A DNA stretch of 32,000 nucleotides, taken from the NCBI RefSeq assembly GCF_000196355.1, contig NC_007614.1:360001-392000 (forward strand). The letters run 5' to 3'. Under the pieces are notes generated by a model. That model made no database searches. It saw only the letters and a list, made by a program, of their open reading frames with translations, and had not been told where the DNA came from. A program made the position numbers and the translations under genes. This document shows positions 31,164-32,000 of the stretch, one piece after another (position 1 is the stretch's first letter; each line of letters begins with the position of its first letter). The DNA comes from Nitrosospira multiformis ATCC 25196 (GTDB taxonomy: Bacteria > Pseudomonadota > Gammaproteobacteria > Burkholderiales > Nitrosomonadaceae).

Positions 31164-32000
31164 GTGGCGGAGACTAAACAGGTATTGATTCCCGATATTG
31201 GCGACTTTAAAGACGTTCCCATAATAGAAGTGCTGGTGAAAGCCGGCGATTCGATCAAGGCGGAAGACTCCCTGATTGTGCTTGAATCGGACAAGGCCAC
31301 CATAGAAGTGCCTTCTCCTTTTGCTGGCATAATCAGAGAGTTATCCGTAAAGGTGGGCGATAAGGTATCGGAAGGTTCGCCCATCCTGACACTGGAAGCT
31401 TCAGAAGCGGAGCAAGCGCCGCCCGCTGAGCCACGAGAAGCGGCACCCGCTTCAACGCCGGCTCCCGCTCCAACCACCGCTTCTCCGGAACAGGCGCCGC
31501 GGCCGGCGACGCAACCTCGTGCGCAATCCCAATCTTCTGCGCAACCCCAATCATCGGGTTCTTCTCCACGCTCTGCATTCGTTCCTTCTCCGATAGATGA
31601 AGCTACGTTTGCGAAGGCACACGCCAGTCCTTCGGTTCGACGCTTTGCGCGCGAACTTGGCGTGAATCTGGGGCTGGTAAAGGGTAGCGGTGCCAAGCAG
31701 CGCATTCTCAAGGAAGATGTGCAGTCTTTTGTCAAGACTGAACTCTCCAAGCCAAGGGGTAGCGGGACCGAGCTCAATCTGCTGCCCTGGCCTCAACCCG
31801 ATTTTGCGAAATTCGGTCCCGTGGAATTTAAGCCGCTATCGCGGATCAAAAAAATATCCGGAGCGAATCTGCACCGCAACTGGGTCATGATTCCACACGT
31901 GACGCAGTTCGACGAAGCGGATATTACCGAGCTGGAAACCCTGCGCAAGGAAACAAACGAATCTTCAAAAGAAGAAGGGGTGAAAGTTACTCTGCTCGCG
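31164..32000 (+). CDS. aceF: Dihydrolipoamide acetyltransferase, pyruvate dehydrogenase E2 (3' truncated by window edge)
   Basis: Absent from the ORF track because no stop occurs before 32000. Manual translation from GTG 31164 gives MAETKQVLIPDIGDFKDVPIIEVLVKAGDSIKAEDSLIVLESDKATIEVPSPFAG (lipoyl domain), then an Ala/Pro/Gln linker, the E3-binding domain SVRRFARELGVNLGLVKGSGAKQRILKEDV, and the start of the catalytic domain. Confidence 0.95.
   Translation, partial: MAETKQVLIPDIGDFKDVPIIEVLVKAGDSIKAEDSLIVLESDKATIEVPSPFAGIIRELSVKVGDKVSEGSPILTLEASEAEQAPPAEPREAAPASTPAPAPTTASPEQAPRPATQPRAQSQSSAQPQSSGSSPRSAFVPSPIDEATFAKAHASPSVRRFARELGVNLGLVKGSGAKQRILKEDVQSFVKTELSKPRGSGTELNLLPWPQPDFAKFGPVEFKPLSRIKKISGANLHRNWVMIPHVTQFDEADITELETLRKETNESSKEEGVKVTLLA

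Noticed and set aside
31139-31777. 212-aa minus-strand Ser/Ala-rich ORF at the right end
   Set aside because: It is antisense to aceF, which has clear lipoyl and E3-binding domains. The composition is the complement of the Ala/Pro linker.

Overview
The window looks like an ordinary chromosomal segment of a betaproteobacterium. A Nitrosomonadaceae-like origin is an impression from protein content and was not tested. It is densely packed with housekeeping and accessory genes. From left to right: the 3' part of a chemosensory operon (methyl-accepting protein, hybrid CheA with a receiver domain, CheB, and a REC-GAF-GGDEF-EAL protein); a short decayed EAL-domain remnant; a pteridine-reductase-like SDR; a MidA/NDUFAF7-like methyltransferase; a CBS protein; a GlcF-like Fe-S protein; a serine/threonine dehydratase-like enzyme; Coq7; OsmC; a YdcF-like protein; a small cytochrome c; a YyaL/DUF255 protein; IlvD; Lgt; a SAM methyltransferase; a START/SRPBCC protein; YnfA; a small DUF4156-like lipoprotein; a DCC-family protein; PyrC; an FAD-dependent oxidoreductase; an uncharacterised two-TM protein; FolD; AceE; and the 5' part of AceF. 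I saw no tRNA, rRNA, CRISPR array, IS element or phage. I found no convincing undescribed system. The best leads are the chemosensory module, whose output protein has a degenerate GGDEF motif (SADYF) but an apparently intact EAL domain, and the frameshifted EAL remnant directly downstream of it.
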